Virus record (IMG/VR): IMGVR_UViG_3300025450_001231
Source of the DNA: a virus
Taxonomy: Duplodnaviria; Caudoviricetes
Length of the DNA: 64,000 nucleotides
Strand: one strand, 5' to 3'
This document shows, in pieces, positions 21,901 to 31,900 of the stretch. The position numbers and the translations under genes were made by a program. The first letter of the stretch is position 1. The number at the start of each line of letters is the position of its first letter. The notes beneath the pieces were generated by a model, which worked only from the letters and a program-made list of their open reading frames with translations, ran no database searches and was not told the DNA's origin.

Positions 21901-24627
21901 GCACTAACAGTTAATGCTAGCGCAACAACTGGCGGTACATTAAGTGCTGCAGGCGGATTGCAAAATACTATTATTGGTAATGGAACTGCGGCAGCAGCTA
22001 CTGTAACAACATTGATTGCAACTACAGAAAGTGTAAGTGGCAATTCTACTGTAAACGGTTTAACAGTTAATGCTAGCGCCACAGTTGGTACTACATTAGG
22101 TGTAACTGGTAATTTGATTGCTGGTAATATCAGTACTGCTGGTACTGCTGGTACTGGAAATATTACTGGTGTTAACACACTGTTTACAATTAATACACAA
22201 ATTACAGGAACTGAAACAGCAAATGTAATAACTGCTAACACATTAACTGTAACTGGATTTACTACATTAGCTAATGCAAATGTACAAAATGCAAATGTAA
22301 CAGGTACATTAACTACAAATGGTATTACAATTACTGGTGGATTACAAAATACTCCAGTAGGCAATGCTACTGCAAGTACTGGTACATTTACAACATTAAC
22401 AGGTACAAGTTTCAATACTAGCGGTAATGCAACAATCAACGCATTGAGTGTTAATAATACTGCTACAATTGGTAGTACATTAAGTGCAAGCAGCTTGGAA
22501 AATACACCAATTGGTACAATTACTCCTGCAACAGGTACATTCACAACATTGATTGGTACAACAGAAAGTATCAGTGGTAATGCAACAGTTAATGGCTTAA
22601 CAGTTAATACAAGTGCTACTACAGGCGGTACATTTAATGCAGCTGGTGGTGTACAAAACACCCCAATTGGTAATGGAACTGCAAGTACTGGTACATTTAC
22701 AACCTTAACTGGCACAAGTTTTAATACTAGCGGTAATGCTACTGTTAACGCATTGTTCAGTAATGGTGCAGTAACTGGAACAGGTGCAACATTTACTAGC
22801 GAAAGCGTAAGTGGTAACGCAACTGTTAACGGATTAACAGTTAACACTAGTGCAGTTGTTGGTACAACACTACGAGCAGTTGCTGGTATCCAAAATACAG
22901 TAATTGGTAACGTAACTGCAGCTGATGGTTATTTCAATAACTTGTACAGTACAAGCTTCACTGACAGCGGTAACGCAACAGTAAATGGCCTAACAGTTAA
23001 CACTAGTGCTACAATTACTGGTACATTGGGCGTAACAGGCAATGTATCTCTTGCTAACTTGAGTGTACTTGGTACATTCCAAGCACCAAGTATTAACTTG
23101 GCAGCTGGATTGCAAAATACCCCTGTTGGTAATGCTACACCAAGTACTGGTGCATTTACTAATTTGACATCTTACTCGTTCACTACAAATGGTAATGTTG
23201 TTTCTAACGGCAATATCACTACTAACGGATTAACAGTTAATGTTAATGCAACAGTTGGTGGAACATTAGGTGTAACAGGCAATTTGCAAGCTAGCATAAT
23301 CAATGCTAGCACTGGATTGTATACAAATGGTTACTTCTACGCTAACGGTACTCCATTGAACTTTAGTGCAGCTGGATCAACTTATGATGTTCAGTACAAT
23401 AACGGTGGTGCTTTAGCAGCAGATACTGGTAACTTCTACTATCAAAGCAGCACATTGTATGCTCCATCATTGAACTTAACTGGCGGCTTTAGTGCTTGCA
23501 CTGCTTCATCAATTACTGGAACATTGACAACATACAATAGTTTACCAGATATAGATGATACTTATACATTAGGTACAACTAATCAGGCTTGGGAAAATGT
23601 TTATACATATGGAATCAGTGCATCTGCAGATGGATTACAATTAGTTGTAAACCCAAGTCAGTTAGGCAACGATTTTATAGTTAACGGTAATGCTAAGGCA
23701 AACATTTTCTATGTAAATGCTAATGTAGGAACTGCAAGTTTTGGTACAAGCACACAAACTGCAAATGCGTTAGTAAGTTTCAACTCAACTAACAGTATTT
23801 TAGTTCCAACTGGTACAACTGCACAACGTCCAAGTATTGGTGCTAACGGTATGATCCGTTTTAATACTACAACGGCTTCTTTGGAGTTCTACGCAGATGG
23901 CGGTTGGCAGTCAGCTGGTTCACAATTTACTCCAGTTGTTGCTAACTTACAAACTGGTGACGGAACAACAACGGTATTTACATTGCCTGCTAATGCAACA
24001 ACATCTGGCACAATGGTAAGTATTAACGGTGTGTTACAAGAACCAAATAATGCATACTCTGTGTCTGGTAACCAGTTAACATTTACTGAAGCACCACAGT
24101 CAACAGACGTGATTGACTTCCGTATTGTAACAACTACACAAACAGTTGTTGCTACAAACGGGGCAACAACAGATGTAGCTGGTACAACTGGTGTATTTAC
24201 TGATGTAACAACAGGCGACCAAACAGTAACATTTAAGAATAATGGTACAACTACTGTTACTATTGATCCTAATGGTTACTTGGATCTGAAAGCCAATGGT
24301 ATTATCAGCAGTACTGCTAGCGTTACAGTAAGCAATACTGGTACTACAATTGATACTTGGAGCGGTACAACTTACAAAGCAGCAAAATACATTATTACAG
24401 CTAGAAATAGTGGTAGTACTGTTTGGACAGCTGCAGAATCTTTAGTTGTAACAGATGGAAGTAGCAACGCAACCATAACAACTTATGGTATTGTTAACGC
24501 TGGTAGCAACACACCGCAAATTACAATGAGTGTCTCAATTAGCGGAGGCAACGTAAGTGTAACAGCAACTGGTGCAACAAGCGGTACTGTAGTCAACTTT
24601 AGCAAGACTTATATCGTTGGTAGTTAA
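15949..24627 (+). CDS. Giant (2892 aa) repetitive beta-shaft fibre protein
   Basis: Dozens of variants of [14 protein letters not shown].(V/I)G.TL and (L/I)QNT(P/V)IGN...TG.FTTL. The N-terminus is shared with 36307. The C-terminal domain reads IDTWSGTTYKAAKYIITA. Confidence 0.85.
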   Translation: MALTRPTLENINSNLVELTDSLITLNYANGSSAISRDQGIVFNRATQSNVALIWNESIGAFRTVYTTATGKEKGNISVTSNADFVFGNTTQSGASTIAGILTVTNSTLSSSTSSGAVVVSGGLGVAGNIYSGSLYTNNINLANGSPLSSNLRITGDATGQGFAYTGTASVPSTVNITLASTGVTAGSYGNSVSIPTFTVDAKGRLTSAGSVALVAYNDYAADTGTPANIALGGTLTIAGTANQISTSVAGNTITIALPNSITTPGDLFVTGNLAIAGNTTYVTAITVTTNDKTTHLANNTAQGASLTGAGLIVGQANAATFLYDDTTTSWQSNLNITPTANATLNLGGTSNYWSTGYFNAIQAPSITGVLQTAAQPNITSLGTITNLTVSGTVTASTVNAATIGNTGATLTGTLSTNAQPNITSVGTLTGLTLRGTLYGTSVQAQSFGNLGATFSGDTFSAVSGFQGPLNGTLGSAGGNTAIVSTLSATGNATVNSLSVNNSATITGTLGVTGNTTVANLSVTGILNAPSISLSGGLQNTPIGNAIPSTGNFTTLTANTESVSGNSTVNGLTVNTSAVVGTTLQAQGGLQNTVIGNVTPTTAYFTTAYAGTLNAAQIGNTGALLTGTLDSASGVQSNITTVGTLGNLTVTNTINANKVQASVIGNTGAALQGATVTASTAILGPVGVGGANVGFFTDINASGNVTAATIVSNGSVTGTSAQFTTINGSGNLTVDGLTVNTSAVIGTTLQAVAGIQNTPIGNVTASSGRFTTIAGSSTLNVGGTATVNALTSNGAVTGTTAQFTTVNGSANATVDGLSVNNSVTIGTTLGVSGATSLANVTAGNATVTGTLTTNGITITGGIQNTPIGNAIASTGTFTTLTGTSFNTSGNATINALSVNNTATIGSTLSASSLENTPIGTITPATGTFTTLIGTTESISGNAVVNGLTVNTSAVVGTTLQAVAGIQNTVIGNVQATSANFTVVNASGIINAGSGIRTTGNIIPTADLTYTLGNSTNRFKSLYVGGNTIYIGTANISLDNNGNVLINSGIGNQINLSNTGVSLTSFNTDISSGVLYGNLIGTYANVTNLYAQNGTFGVGVATGTLNANANATVNGLTVNNSGTFGTTLQAVAGIQNTVIGNVTAAAGYFTNLNATQAISGGTTLNIGGNATVNALAVNNSATVGATLQAVAGIQNTVIGNVTAADGYFNNLYSTSVNNSGNLIVNGLTVNTSAVIQDTLSAGSLENTPIGTVTPATGTFTDIVGSTESVSGNSTVNGLTVNTSATIGTTLGVTGNATVGNLITAGSSGTGNISGVNTIFAISANISGNTTTNQLTVNSNATIGGTLGVTGGNVNIASGYYLVGNIAGSISGAVSAAGNDTQVQYNNSGLIGANAGFRFTSSTATLNVNGSVVTDTVNAATIGNTGAALTGATLATSSTATVGDSLTVQANATINALSVNNTATIGSTLSASSIENTPIGTITPNTGAFTTVNASGTATVNVLHSNGAVTGTAITGSGNATVNALSVNNSTTVGGTLSATAGIQNTVIGNVTAAAGYFTNLNSTSLNDSGNATVDGLTVNTSAVIGTTLEVQGNIQAGNISANGLESSSTVSVLGVQNSTGVGTGALTVVGGASISKDLYVGGTLYVPNLASTNSTILSITDPLLYLTANTPYPYNYEIGIYSHYIGGTYADANANVYQHTGLVRDHADMTWYLFSNAAEPGGGLVDVTNPNVQLDSLHIGSLFSSAIYGSSTLDVQANATVNALTVNNSATMSTLGVSGTATMANATVTGTLTTNGITITGGIQNTPIGNATPNTGTFTTLIGTTESISGNATVNAMTVNTSATVGSTLNAAGGVQNTPIGNATPNTGTFTNIIGSTESISGNATVNALTVNTSATTGGTLSAAGGLQNTIIGNGTAAAATVTTLIATTESVSGNSTVNGLTVNTSATTGGTFNAAGGVQNTPIGNATPNTGLFTTLTSTGNTTVNALTVNASATTGGTLSAAGGLQNTIIGNGTAAAATVTTLIATTESVSGNSTVNGLTVNASATVGTTLGVTGNLIAGNISTAGTAGTGNITGVNTLFTINTQITGTETANVITANTLTVTGFTTLANANVQNANVTGTLTTNGITITGGLQNTPVGNATASTGTFTTLTGTSFNTSGNATINALSVNNTATIGSTLSASSLENTPIGTITPATGTFTTLIGTTESISGNATVNGLTVNTSATTGGTFNAAGGVQNTPIGNGTASTGTFTTLTGTSFNTSGNATVNALFSNGAVTGTGATFTSESVSGNATVNGLTVNTSAVVGTTLRAVAGIQNTVIGNVTAADGYFNNLYSTSFTDSGNATVNGLTVNTSATITGTLGVTGNVSLANLSVLGTFQAPSINLAAGLQNTPVGNATPSTGAFTNLTSYSFTTNGNVVSNGNITTNGLTVNVNATVGGTLGVTGNLQASIINASTGLYTNGYFYANGTPLNFSAAGSTYDVQYNNGGALAADTGNFYYQSSTLYAPSLNLTGGFSACTASSITGTLTTYNSLPDIDDTYTLGTTNQAWENVYTYGISASADGLQLVVNPSQLGNDFIVNGNAKANIFYVNANVGTASFGTSTQTANALVSFNSTNSILVPTGTTAQRPSIGANGMIRFNTTTASLEFYADGGWQSAGSQFTPVVANLQTGDGTTTVFTLPANATTSGTMVSINGVLQEPNNAYSVSGNQLTFTEAPQSTDVIDFRIVTTTQTVVATNGATTDVAGTTGVFTDVTTGDQTVTFKNNGTTTVTIDPNGYLDLKANGIISSTASVTVSNTGTTIDTWSGTTYKAAKYIITARNSGSTVWTAAESLVVTDGSSNATITTYGIVNAGSNTPQITMSVSISGGNVSVTATGATSGTVVNFSKTYIVGS

Positions 24628-24630
24628 ATA
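24625..24630 (+). promoter_or_regulatory. TAAATA overlapping the stop codon of 15949..24627
   Basis: It sits immediately before the terminator hairpin. It could be a chance extension of the TAA stop. Confidence 0.4.
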
Positions 24631-24631
24631 G

Positions 24632-24667
24632 TAAGTTAGCTCGAAAGAGCTAACTTATTTTGTTTTT
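24632..24667 (+). terminator. Rho-independent terminator
   Basis: Perfect 11-bp stem TAAGTTAGCTC / GAGCTAACTTA with a GAAA loop, followed by TTTTGTTTTT, right after the 8.7 kb gene. Confidence 0.8.
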
Positions 24668-24681
24668 ACAAGGATTTAACT

Positions 24682-25176
24682 ATGCCAGAAAATTTAGAAC
24701 TGTACATCGAAGTGCGGGACGGTAAGCCTTTTAATCATCCAATGTTAGGTAGCAATTTTCGAGAATGCTTCCCAGACATTGATGTTAATAACTTGCCTCC
24801 TCAATATGCTCGATTTGTTAGAATTACTCAAGCTGAAGCAAATCTGACTCCGGGATTTTACGAAGTAGTCGACGGGATATATGCGTGGAACGGTAATGCG
24901 TATACTGACGTTTGGTCTATACGTCCAATGACGCAAGAAGAAAAAGCAGAAAAAGTTGCCGAAGGAACAAGGGAATTGTTGGATTATGTCGAGCAATTAA
25001 CTGCGGCCGTTACTTCAGTTGCATCAGACGATGCTACTACACCGGAAGTAAAAACTATTTGCCAAAATTATCTAGTTCAATTGGCAAATTTTACATTTAC
25101 TGATCCAGACCCTAGGGTAACACAGATACCTCCTATACCTCCAGAAATTTTTCCCGAGCCTGATCCTAAAGAATAA
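24682..25176 (+). CDS. Small acidic soluble protein, putative fibre assembly chaperone
   Basis: 164 aa, rich in Glu/Asp/Pro, with a predicted helical C-half (EEKAEKVAEGTRELLDYVEQL). It has an SD-like AAGGA upstream and directly follows the largest shaft gene. The function is inferred from position and composition. Confidence 0.55.
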   Translation: MPENLELYIEVRDGKPFNHPMLGSNFRECFPDIDVNNLPPQYARFVRITQAEANLTPGFYEVVDGIYAWNGNAYTDVWSIRPMTQEEKAEKVAEGTRELLDYVEQLTAAVTSVASDDATTPEVKTICQNYLVQLANFTFTDPDPRVTQIPPIPPEIFPEPDPKE

Positions 25177-25207
25177 TTAACCATTCGATTAGTTTTTCCT
25201 ATATCGA

Positions 25208-25213
25208 TAAATA
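25208..25213 (+). promoter_or_regulatory. T4-late-type promoter core TAAATA
   Basis: gaTAAATA lies 7 nt before the ATG at 25221, with no SD. Confidence 0.6.
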
Positions 25214-25220
25214 CTAAACT

Positions 25221-28200
25221 ATGGCTAATTCGTATCTTTTTGCACAGACTGGCTTTGATGCTGGCAACATATCCATTAACTCCAATGCGAGTTCGCTAAC
25301 TGGAGCCAGTTTAATAAGTTCATTATCTTTTAATGGTAATGAGTTTCGGGGAGATACTTTTTACGGAAACGTCAATGCAACTGCATTACTTGCCAATAGC
25401 ACAGTAAATGCAACTTCATTGGACTCTGGAGCATTTCGATCTCTTGGTGGCGCAAGTATTAACAAAGACTTGTATGTCGGTGGCACTTCTGTATTTGGCG
25501 TTGTTTCTGACAATTATATCAAAGTTTTAGGTGCTTCTAGTGGATCGTATCCTGCACTTTTAGCAGGCGGTATAGATAGCAATGTAGGATTAATTATTGG
25601 TGCAGGCGGAACAGGAAATATTCTGTTTAACGGACTAACCAGTACAACACCTGGAATTGCAACCAACTTCAAAATTTTAATGCCTGTTGATTCAGGATAT
25701 TCGAATTACATAACAGTTGCAGGTGCAACCCCAGGTAGCAATCCGATTATAAGTGCTGACGGTGTCGATGCTGATATCAGCATATATATTACACCAAAAA
25801 GATATGGCGATGTTGTTGTATCCAGCAATATTACTGCTAACGGATTTTTTTATAGTAATGGTATAAGTGTTTCCCAACAAGGACCGCAAGGACCGCAAGG
25901 ACAAACTGGTTCACAAGGTCCGCAAGGACCGCAAGGACAAACCGGAGTTAGTGTAACACTCTTAGGTACTGTAACAGATTATACATTTCTTCCAAATACT
26001 GGAAATACATTAGATAATGGATACATTACTGCAAATACAGGTAATGTTTGGTTCTGGGGTGCAGATAACACATGGCACGATGCCGGAAAAATAGTAGGTC
26101 CAACTGGACCGCAAGGAGTGCAAGGACCGACTGGCCCAACAGGCGCACAAGGACCACAAGGACAACAGGGCAATACTGGAGTACAAGGACCGCAAGGCCC
26201 AACCGGAGTACAAGGACCAACTGGTTTACAAGGTCCTACTGGAGTACAGGGTGTACAAGGACCAACAGGGGTACAAGGACCGCAAGGTCCAACTGGAGTA
26301 CAGGGCCCGCAAGGCCCGATTGGTGTACAAGGTCCACAAGGACCAACAGGACACACTGGTGCTCAAGGACCGCAAGGCGTACAAGGGCCACAAGGACCTA
26401 GCGGAGTTAGTAATGTGCCAGGTCCACAAGGACCACAAGGGCCAATTGGTGATATTGGTGTACAAGGACCCACTGGAGCACAAGGACCGCAAGGACCACA
26501 AGGCGATACTGGACCACAAGGACCATCTGGGGCACAAGGACCGCAAGGACTCACTGGCGTACAGGGACCACAAGGACCACAGGGAAGTTTAGGACTACCT
26601 GGACCACAAGGACCACAAGGTGTTCAAGGAAATGATGGAGCCACCGGAGCACAAGGACCACAAGGCCCTCAGGGACAAACAGGTGCAGATGGTGTTCAAG
26701 GGCCACAAGGACCATCTGGATCGCAAGGACCACAAGGACCAAGCGGAGCACAAGGACCACAAGGACCGACAGGTATATTTTCTGGTAATACAACAGAAAG
26801 AATTGTAACTACTAATACTTCTCCAGCAATTAGCGCCGGAACTGGTGCATTGCAAGTAAGCGGCGGAGCAGGAATTTCAGGAGATTTGTATGTTGGCGGA
26901 AACTTATTTGTTAATAGTTTAAGTACTATTAGTACAACAGTATTAAGTGTACAAGATCCGTTGCTATACTTGAACGGTAATGTAACGTATCCTTATAATT
27001 ACGACATTGGATTCTACAGTCACTTTACCGGTGGTACTGGTAATATCTACCAATACACTGGATTAGTTAGAAACTATGCAGATAACAATTGGTATTTGTT
27101 TAGTAATGCAGCTGAACCAGGCGGCGGATTATTTAATTTAACTGATACTAATATAGCATTAGATAATTTGTATCTTGGAGAAATTAACACCAGTGGTAAT
27201 TCTACCATTAATGGTTTAACTGTCAACACTTCGGCAACAGTAGGCAATACACTAGGTGTTTCTGGCAATATTATTTCTGCTGGTATTGTAACTGACAACT
27301 ATTATTATGCCAATGGTGCTCCGTTATCTTTTGGGTCCGGCGGACTTGCAACAGATCTATTATTAGGAACACCTACATTAGGAAATTTGGTTAGCAATGC
27401 ACTAACATTGACTGCAAATACCAGTATAACCAATAGTATTGCTGAACTGAATTATATATTAGGAAAATTAGTACCGGCCAGCCCACCAACATTCCCTGGC
27501 GGCCAAACTTTATCTACACCATCTGGTTTAGTTGGTCCATTTAGAATGGCCAATTTCACACAAACTGATAACACAAATTCTGGTAACAAGAGTGTAGCAG
27601 CCGGCACTACAGTTAGTGTTGCCCGAACTGCATCTTATACTACTGGGTCTATAACAAATGTTGGACCTGGCAATAGCGGTAATGTTATTGCTTATATTAA
27701 TGGTGCTCCGGCAGGATCAGTGGCATTGACTGGTAGTAGCAACGGAACATATAGTAATTTGGTAATTTTTAATAATCAGGATTATCATAATGTTGTCAGC
27801 ACAGTTACTGCTGGATTCTGGTCATCATTCAGTACATATATGACAGGCACAGTTCATCCAGGCTGGAATGAAGTTAATATTAGAGACTCTGCAGTATCTG
27901 CAAATACTTCCGTTCCTTATTGGTATTATGATAATAATACAGTAACTGGGCCAGTGTTTAGCAATACTGCAATAAGTTTAACAACAAACACAGTAATTTA
28001 TTCAAGTACTATTCCTCACTTTACCAATGCAGCACAATTTACATTAACTGGTAATGTAGCAAAACTCAGTGGAGATACGTTCCCGTCGAGTAATACATTT
28101 ATCACAGGCACTAGTGCAACTGGTTGGCAAACTCCGTCAAGTGTTACTTACAGTTCAGCGACTGGTATAACTTATCCTCTAGCCCGCAATTTATATGTAA

Positions 28201-28988
28201 GTTCGGGTAGTGCTCATTTTAGTACTACTGTAAATATCAGTACAGGATTTAGCTCGACTACTAGTTATCCTAGTTTAGTTGCAGATAATAGTTATGCAAC
28301 AACCAGTGCTGGATTCAATCCCAATGTTACTATTTTATACAAAACAGGTACATCAAGCAATATGGAAGAAACCAGCGTTACTATTGGTAGTACAATTGGT
28401 ACAGGTTCAGGAGCAGCTGTTAGAATTGTAAATCCTGGCAGTACAGATACACCTGCATATACTGGAACTGAATCAGCATTTAATAGTCAAACTGGTCCAT
28501 TATATCCTTACGATGCTACCATAGTTGCTGGAGTATTGAAAAACGATCAAACAAATTACAGTACAGGGTATTTGCCAGTAGGACCAGATTTTAGTAGCGG
28601 AAGAAACAACAACCAGTATTTTACTTTTAAGTTTTCTCGTTCGTCAGTTAGTAAATTTAATATTGCCTGGACCGGCACAATTGCTGGTTTATGGGTAGCA
28701 TTACCTGGAAGCGGAATAGATACAAGTAGTACACTAAACGGTTGGTTAGATTTAAGTATTCCCTATGCTGGATCAGGTCAGCCAGGTGCTGGATCAGGCG
28801 GCAACGGTAGTAACGGTGCTTCTTTGGGAGGAAATGCTCCTTTGAATACCAGCGTTAACGCATCAGTGACTGCAACTTTTGGTACTGCAAGTTCTAGCAC
28901 GACTTCATCACACGAAATATATGTAAGAATTAAACTTACAGCAGGGCAAACTGTATCTGCCCTTTCTTTACAGACAGCGAGTAACTAA
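25221..28988 (+). CDS. Collagen-containing structural protein (cassette gene A2)
   Basis: 1255 aa. Collagen lies at ~25880-25945 and ~26100-26775, and the YPYNY cassette at ~26990. The C-terminal STGYLPVGP...NGWLD domain is paralogous to 4356..9470. Confidence 0.8.
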   Translation: MANSYLFAQTGFDAGNISINSNASSLTGASLISSLSFNGNEFRGDTFYGNVNATALLANSTVNATSLDSGAFRSLGGASINKDLYVGGTSVFGVVSDNYIKVLGASSGSYPALLAGGIDSNVGLIIGAGGTGNILFNGLTSTTPGIATNFKILMPVDSGYSNYITVAGATPGSNPIISADGVDADISIYITPKRYGDVVVSSNITANGFFYSNGISVSQQGPQGPQGQTGSQGPQGPQGQTGVSVTLLGTVTDYTFLPNTGNTLDNGYITANTGNVWFWGADNTWHDAGKIVGPTGPQGVQGPTGPTGAQGPQGQQGNTGVQGPQGPTGVQGPTGLQGPTGVQGVQGPTGVQGPQGPTGVQGPQGPIGVQGPQGPTGHTGAQGPQGVQGPQGPSGVSNVPGPQGPQGPIGDIGVQGPTGAQGPQGPQGDTGPQGPSGAQGPQGLTGVQGPQGPQGSLGLPGPQGPQGVQGNDGATGAQGPQGPQGQTGADGVQGPQGPSGSQGPQGPSGAQGPQGPTGIFSGNTTERIVTTNTSPAISAGTGALQVSGGAGISGDLYVGGNLFVNSLSTISTTVLSVQDPLLYLNGNVTYPYNYDIGFYSHFTGGTGNIYQYTGLVRNYADNNWYLFSNAAEPGGGLFNLTDTNIALDNLYLGEINTSGNSTINGLTVNTSATVGNTLGVSGNIISAGIVTDNYYYANGAPLSFGSGGLATDLLLGTPTLGNLVSNALTLTANTSITNSIAELNYILGKLVPASPPTFPGGQTLSTPSGLVGPFRMANFTQTDNTNSGNKSVAAGTTVSVARTASYTTGSITNVGPGNSGNVIAYINGAPAGSVALTGSSNGTYSNLVIFNNQDYHNVVSTVTAGFWSSFSTYMTGTVHPGWNEVNIRDSAVSANTSVPYWYYDNNTVTGPVFSNTAISLTTNTVIYSSTIPHFTNAAQFTLTGNVAKLSGDTFPSSNTFITGTSATGWQTPSSVTYSSATGITYPLARNLYVSSGSAHFSTTVNISTGFSSTTSYPSLVADNSYATTSAGFNPNVTILYKTGTSSNMEETSVTIGSTIGTGSGAAVRIVNPGSTDTPAYTGTESAFNSQTGPLYPYDATIVAGVLKNDQTNYSTGYLPVGPDFSSGRNNNQYFTFKFSRSSVSKFNIAWTGTIAGLWVALPGSGIDTSSTLNGWLDLSIPYAGSGQPGAGSGGNGSNGASLGGNAPLNTSVNASVTATFGTASSSTTSSHEIYVRIKLTAGQTVSALSLQTASN
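26100..26775 (+). repeat. Collagen-like run (~75 triplets)
   Basis: [12 protein letters not shown] triplets with one GVSNVPG interruption. Confidence 0.9.
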
Positions 28989-28990
28989 TA

Positions 28991-31900
28991 ATGGCAATTT
29001 CTGATTCACAAAAGGTTGACTTACTATATAAAAAATTATTTGGAGTAACCAAAACCGATACTGCATCTGATAAAGCAGCCAGTAATGAAAGTGTTGCCAG
29101 TCCAGCATTTTTGCGTGGGGATACAATTTGGGTTAACAGTGACCAAATACCAGCTACTGCTGCAGATGTAGCAGGCATAGTTCAATCTTATACCGGTACC
29201 AATGCCGTACAAACAACACCTGATACTACCACAGTTCCTGTGAACGGAGTATATCCAACTTGGAAAACAGGAATCTCTAATTGGATCCCACCAGAGTTTG
29301 GTAGTTCTTATTTTGTACAAGTATATGCAGCTCCACCAAATACTCCTAACCCAACTACATCAGGAACTCAATTATACGCTGCAGGCGAAGGCGGAGCAAA
29401 CCCAGGTGAATGGTATTTTGACACAGTCAGCGGAGTATTAAATTTTATTGGGCAAACAATACCGACTGCATTAAATTCAAGCAATGTTATATATATCACC
29501 GGTTATCAGTATATAGGCGGTGTAGGTATTGCAAATGCTGGTAGCTCTACTTCTTCGTATACCAATTCAAATGTTGCTGCATACTTGAGCAGTAACAATA
29601 ATGTAATTATATCTACTACTGGTAATATTTCCACAACTAAAAATATCAATACCAATAGTAATATTATTGCGGGAAATATCACAGTTAACAGCAATATTTC
29701 TACTGGAAATATTACAGTTGCTAACAATGTTACTACCAAAAATATTATTAACAGTGGTAATATTATTAGCGGCAATATTACTTCGAATAGTACTATTACT
29801 GCAACTGGCGATATCACTACAAACGCCAATGTTACTGCTGGAAATGTTATTGCAGTTAACAGTTTTAGCGGAAATTCCATTTTTGCATCAAACTATTTTT
29901 ATAGCAACGGCACAAGTATAATTGCAAGTGGTCCACAAGGACTTCAAGGTCCCCAAGGTCCTAGTGGAGTACAAGGACCCCAAGGTACTCAAGGCCCTCG
30001 AGGTTTACAAGGACCCAGTGGTCCACAAGGTCCTAGTGGAGTACAAGGACCAACTGGAGTACAAGGTCCACAAGGCCCGCAAGGACCAACAGGCATACAA
30101 GGACCAACTGGAGTACAAGGACCACAAGGTGTGCAAGGACCAACAGGCATACAAGGACCAACTGGACTACAAGGACCAACTGGAGTACAAGGACCAACTG
30201 GAGTACAAGGACCACAAGGTGTGCAAGGACCAACAGGCATACAAGGACCAACTGGACTACAAGGTCCTAGCGGAGCACAAGGACCGCAAGGCGTGCAAGG
30301 ACCAACAGGCATACAAGGACCAACTGGACTACAAGGACCAACTGGAGTACAAGGACCGAGCGGAGTACAAGGGCCAACAGGCATACAAGGACCAACTGGA
30401 CTACAAGGTCCAACAGGGCTACAAGGTCCTAGTGGAGTTCAAGGACCAACTGGCATACAAGGGCCAACAGGGCTACAAGGTCCTAGCGGAGTACAAGGAC
30501 CAACTGGTGCGCAAGGACCACAAGGTCCTAGCGGAGCGCAAGGACCACAGGGACCTAGTGGAAGTAATGGCACACCTGGTACACAAGGACCACAAGGACC
30601 ACAGGGACCTAGTGGAAGTAATGGCACACCTGGTACACAAGGACCACAAGGACCGACTGGTAATCAAGGTCCAACAGGACCACAAGGACCTAGTGGATTA
30701 AACGGACCACAAGGGCCTTCGGGCCCAACTGGTGTATTTTCTGGAACTACTACCCAACAGATTATAACAACAAACACAACTCCGTCAACTAATACTACTA
30801 CTGGGGCATTACAGGTAATTGGAGGCGCGGGCATTGGCGGCAATTTATATGTAGGTGGTACGGCATTTGTCAATGTCAACGCAAGTACTATTAGTGTTAA
30901 TAGTATTACCAATGCTAGCTCTATATCTTCTTCCGCATTTTGGGGAGGAACATTTTACGGAAATGTTATTGCAACTACATTAAGTGCTAATAGTACAGTT
31001 AATTCTACTGGTTTAGGTACTGGTGCAATAACCACATTAGGTGGTGCAAGTGTTCAGCAAGATTTATATGTTGGCGGTACCATTTATGCCAACACACTCA
31101 CTACTGTTAACAAAACTATATTATCAGTTACTGATCCGTTATTATATTTGACATCAAGTAATGTATATCCTTACAATTATGATGTTGGTTTTTATAGTCA
31201 TTTTGTAGGAGGCACAACTGCCAATGCCAATGCAAATATATATCAGCATACTGGTTTAATTAGAAATTATGTAGACAATAGTTGGTATTTGTTTAGCAAT
31301 GCTACTGAACCTGGTGGTGGGTTAGTTGATTTAGCTAATGCAAATTTAATATTAGATACCTTACATCTAAACGGTATTGTTGGTAGTGGAAATTCTACTA
31401 TAAACGGATTAACAGTTAACAGTAGTGCTACTATTGGGACTACCTTAGGTGTAGGCGGAAATATCAGCGCAGCAAATGTAGTTGTACTAAACGGAAATGT
31501 TATTGCTAATGCGTTTTTCTATTCTAATGGATTACAAGCAGTTGGTCCTCAAGGACCACAGGGTGCACAAGGTCCACAAGGCCCGATTGGTGTACAAGGG
31601 CCTACAGGCGTACAAGGACCAACTGGCCCACAAGGTCCTAGCGGAGCACAAGGACCGCAAGGCGTGCAAGGGCCACAAGGTATTACTGGTAATACCGGAG
31701 CACAAGGCCCAACTGGTGTACAAGGACCACAAGGTATTACTGGTAATACCGGAGCACAAGGCCCAACTGGTGTACAAGGACCACAAGGACCACAAGGACC
31801 ACAGGGTATTACTGGTAATACCGGAGCACAAGGCCCAACTGGTGTACAAGGACCACAAGGACCACAGGGTATTACTGGTAATACCGGAGCACAAGGCCCA

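Noticed and set aside
21183-22847. 554 aa minus-strand ORF, and similar Val/Pro/Leu-rich antisense ORFs (5951, 10546, 17922, 41304, 54391, 60715)
   Set aside because: In this antisense register a stop needs a sense Tyr codon after T/C, or a His/Gln codon after T. These are rare in the Gly/Thr/Asn/Ala shaft, so long open frames are expected. The product merely mirrors the sense repeat.
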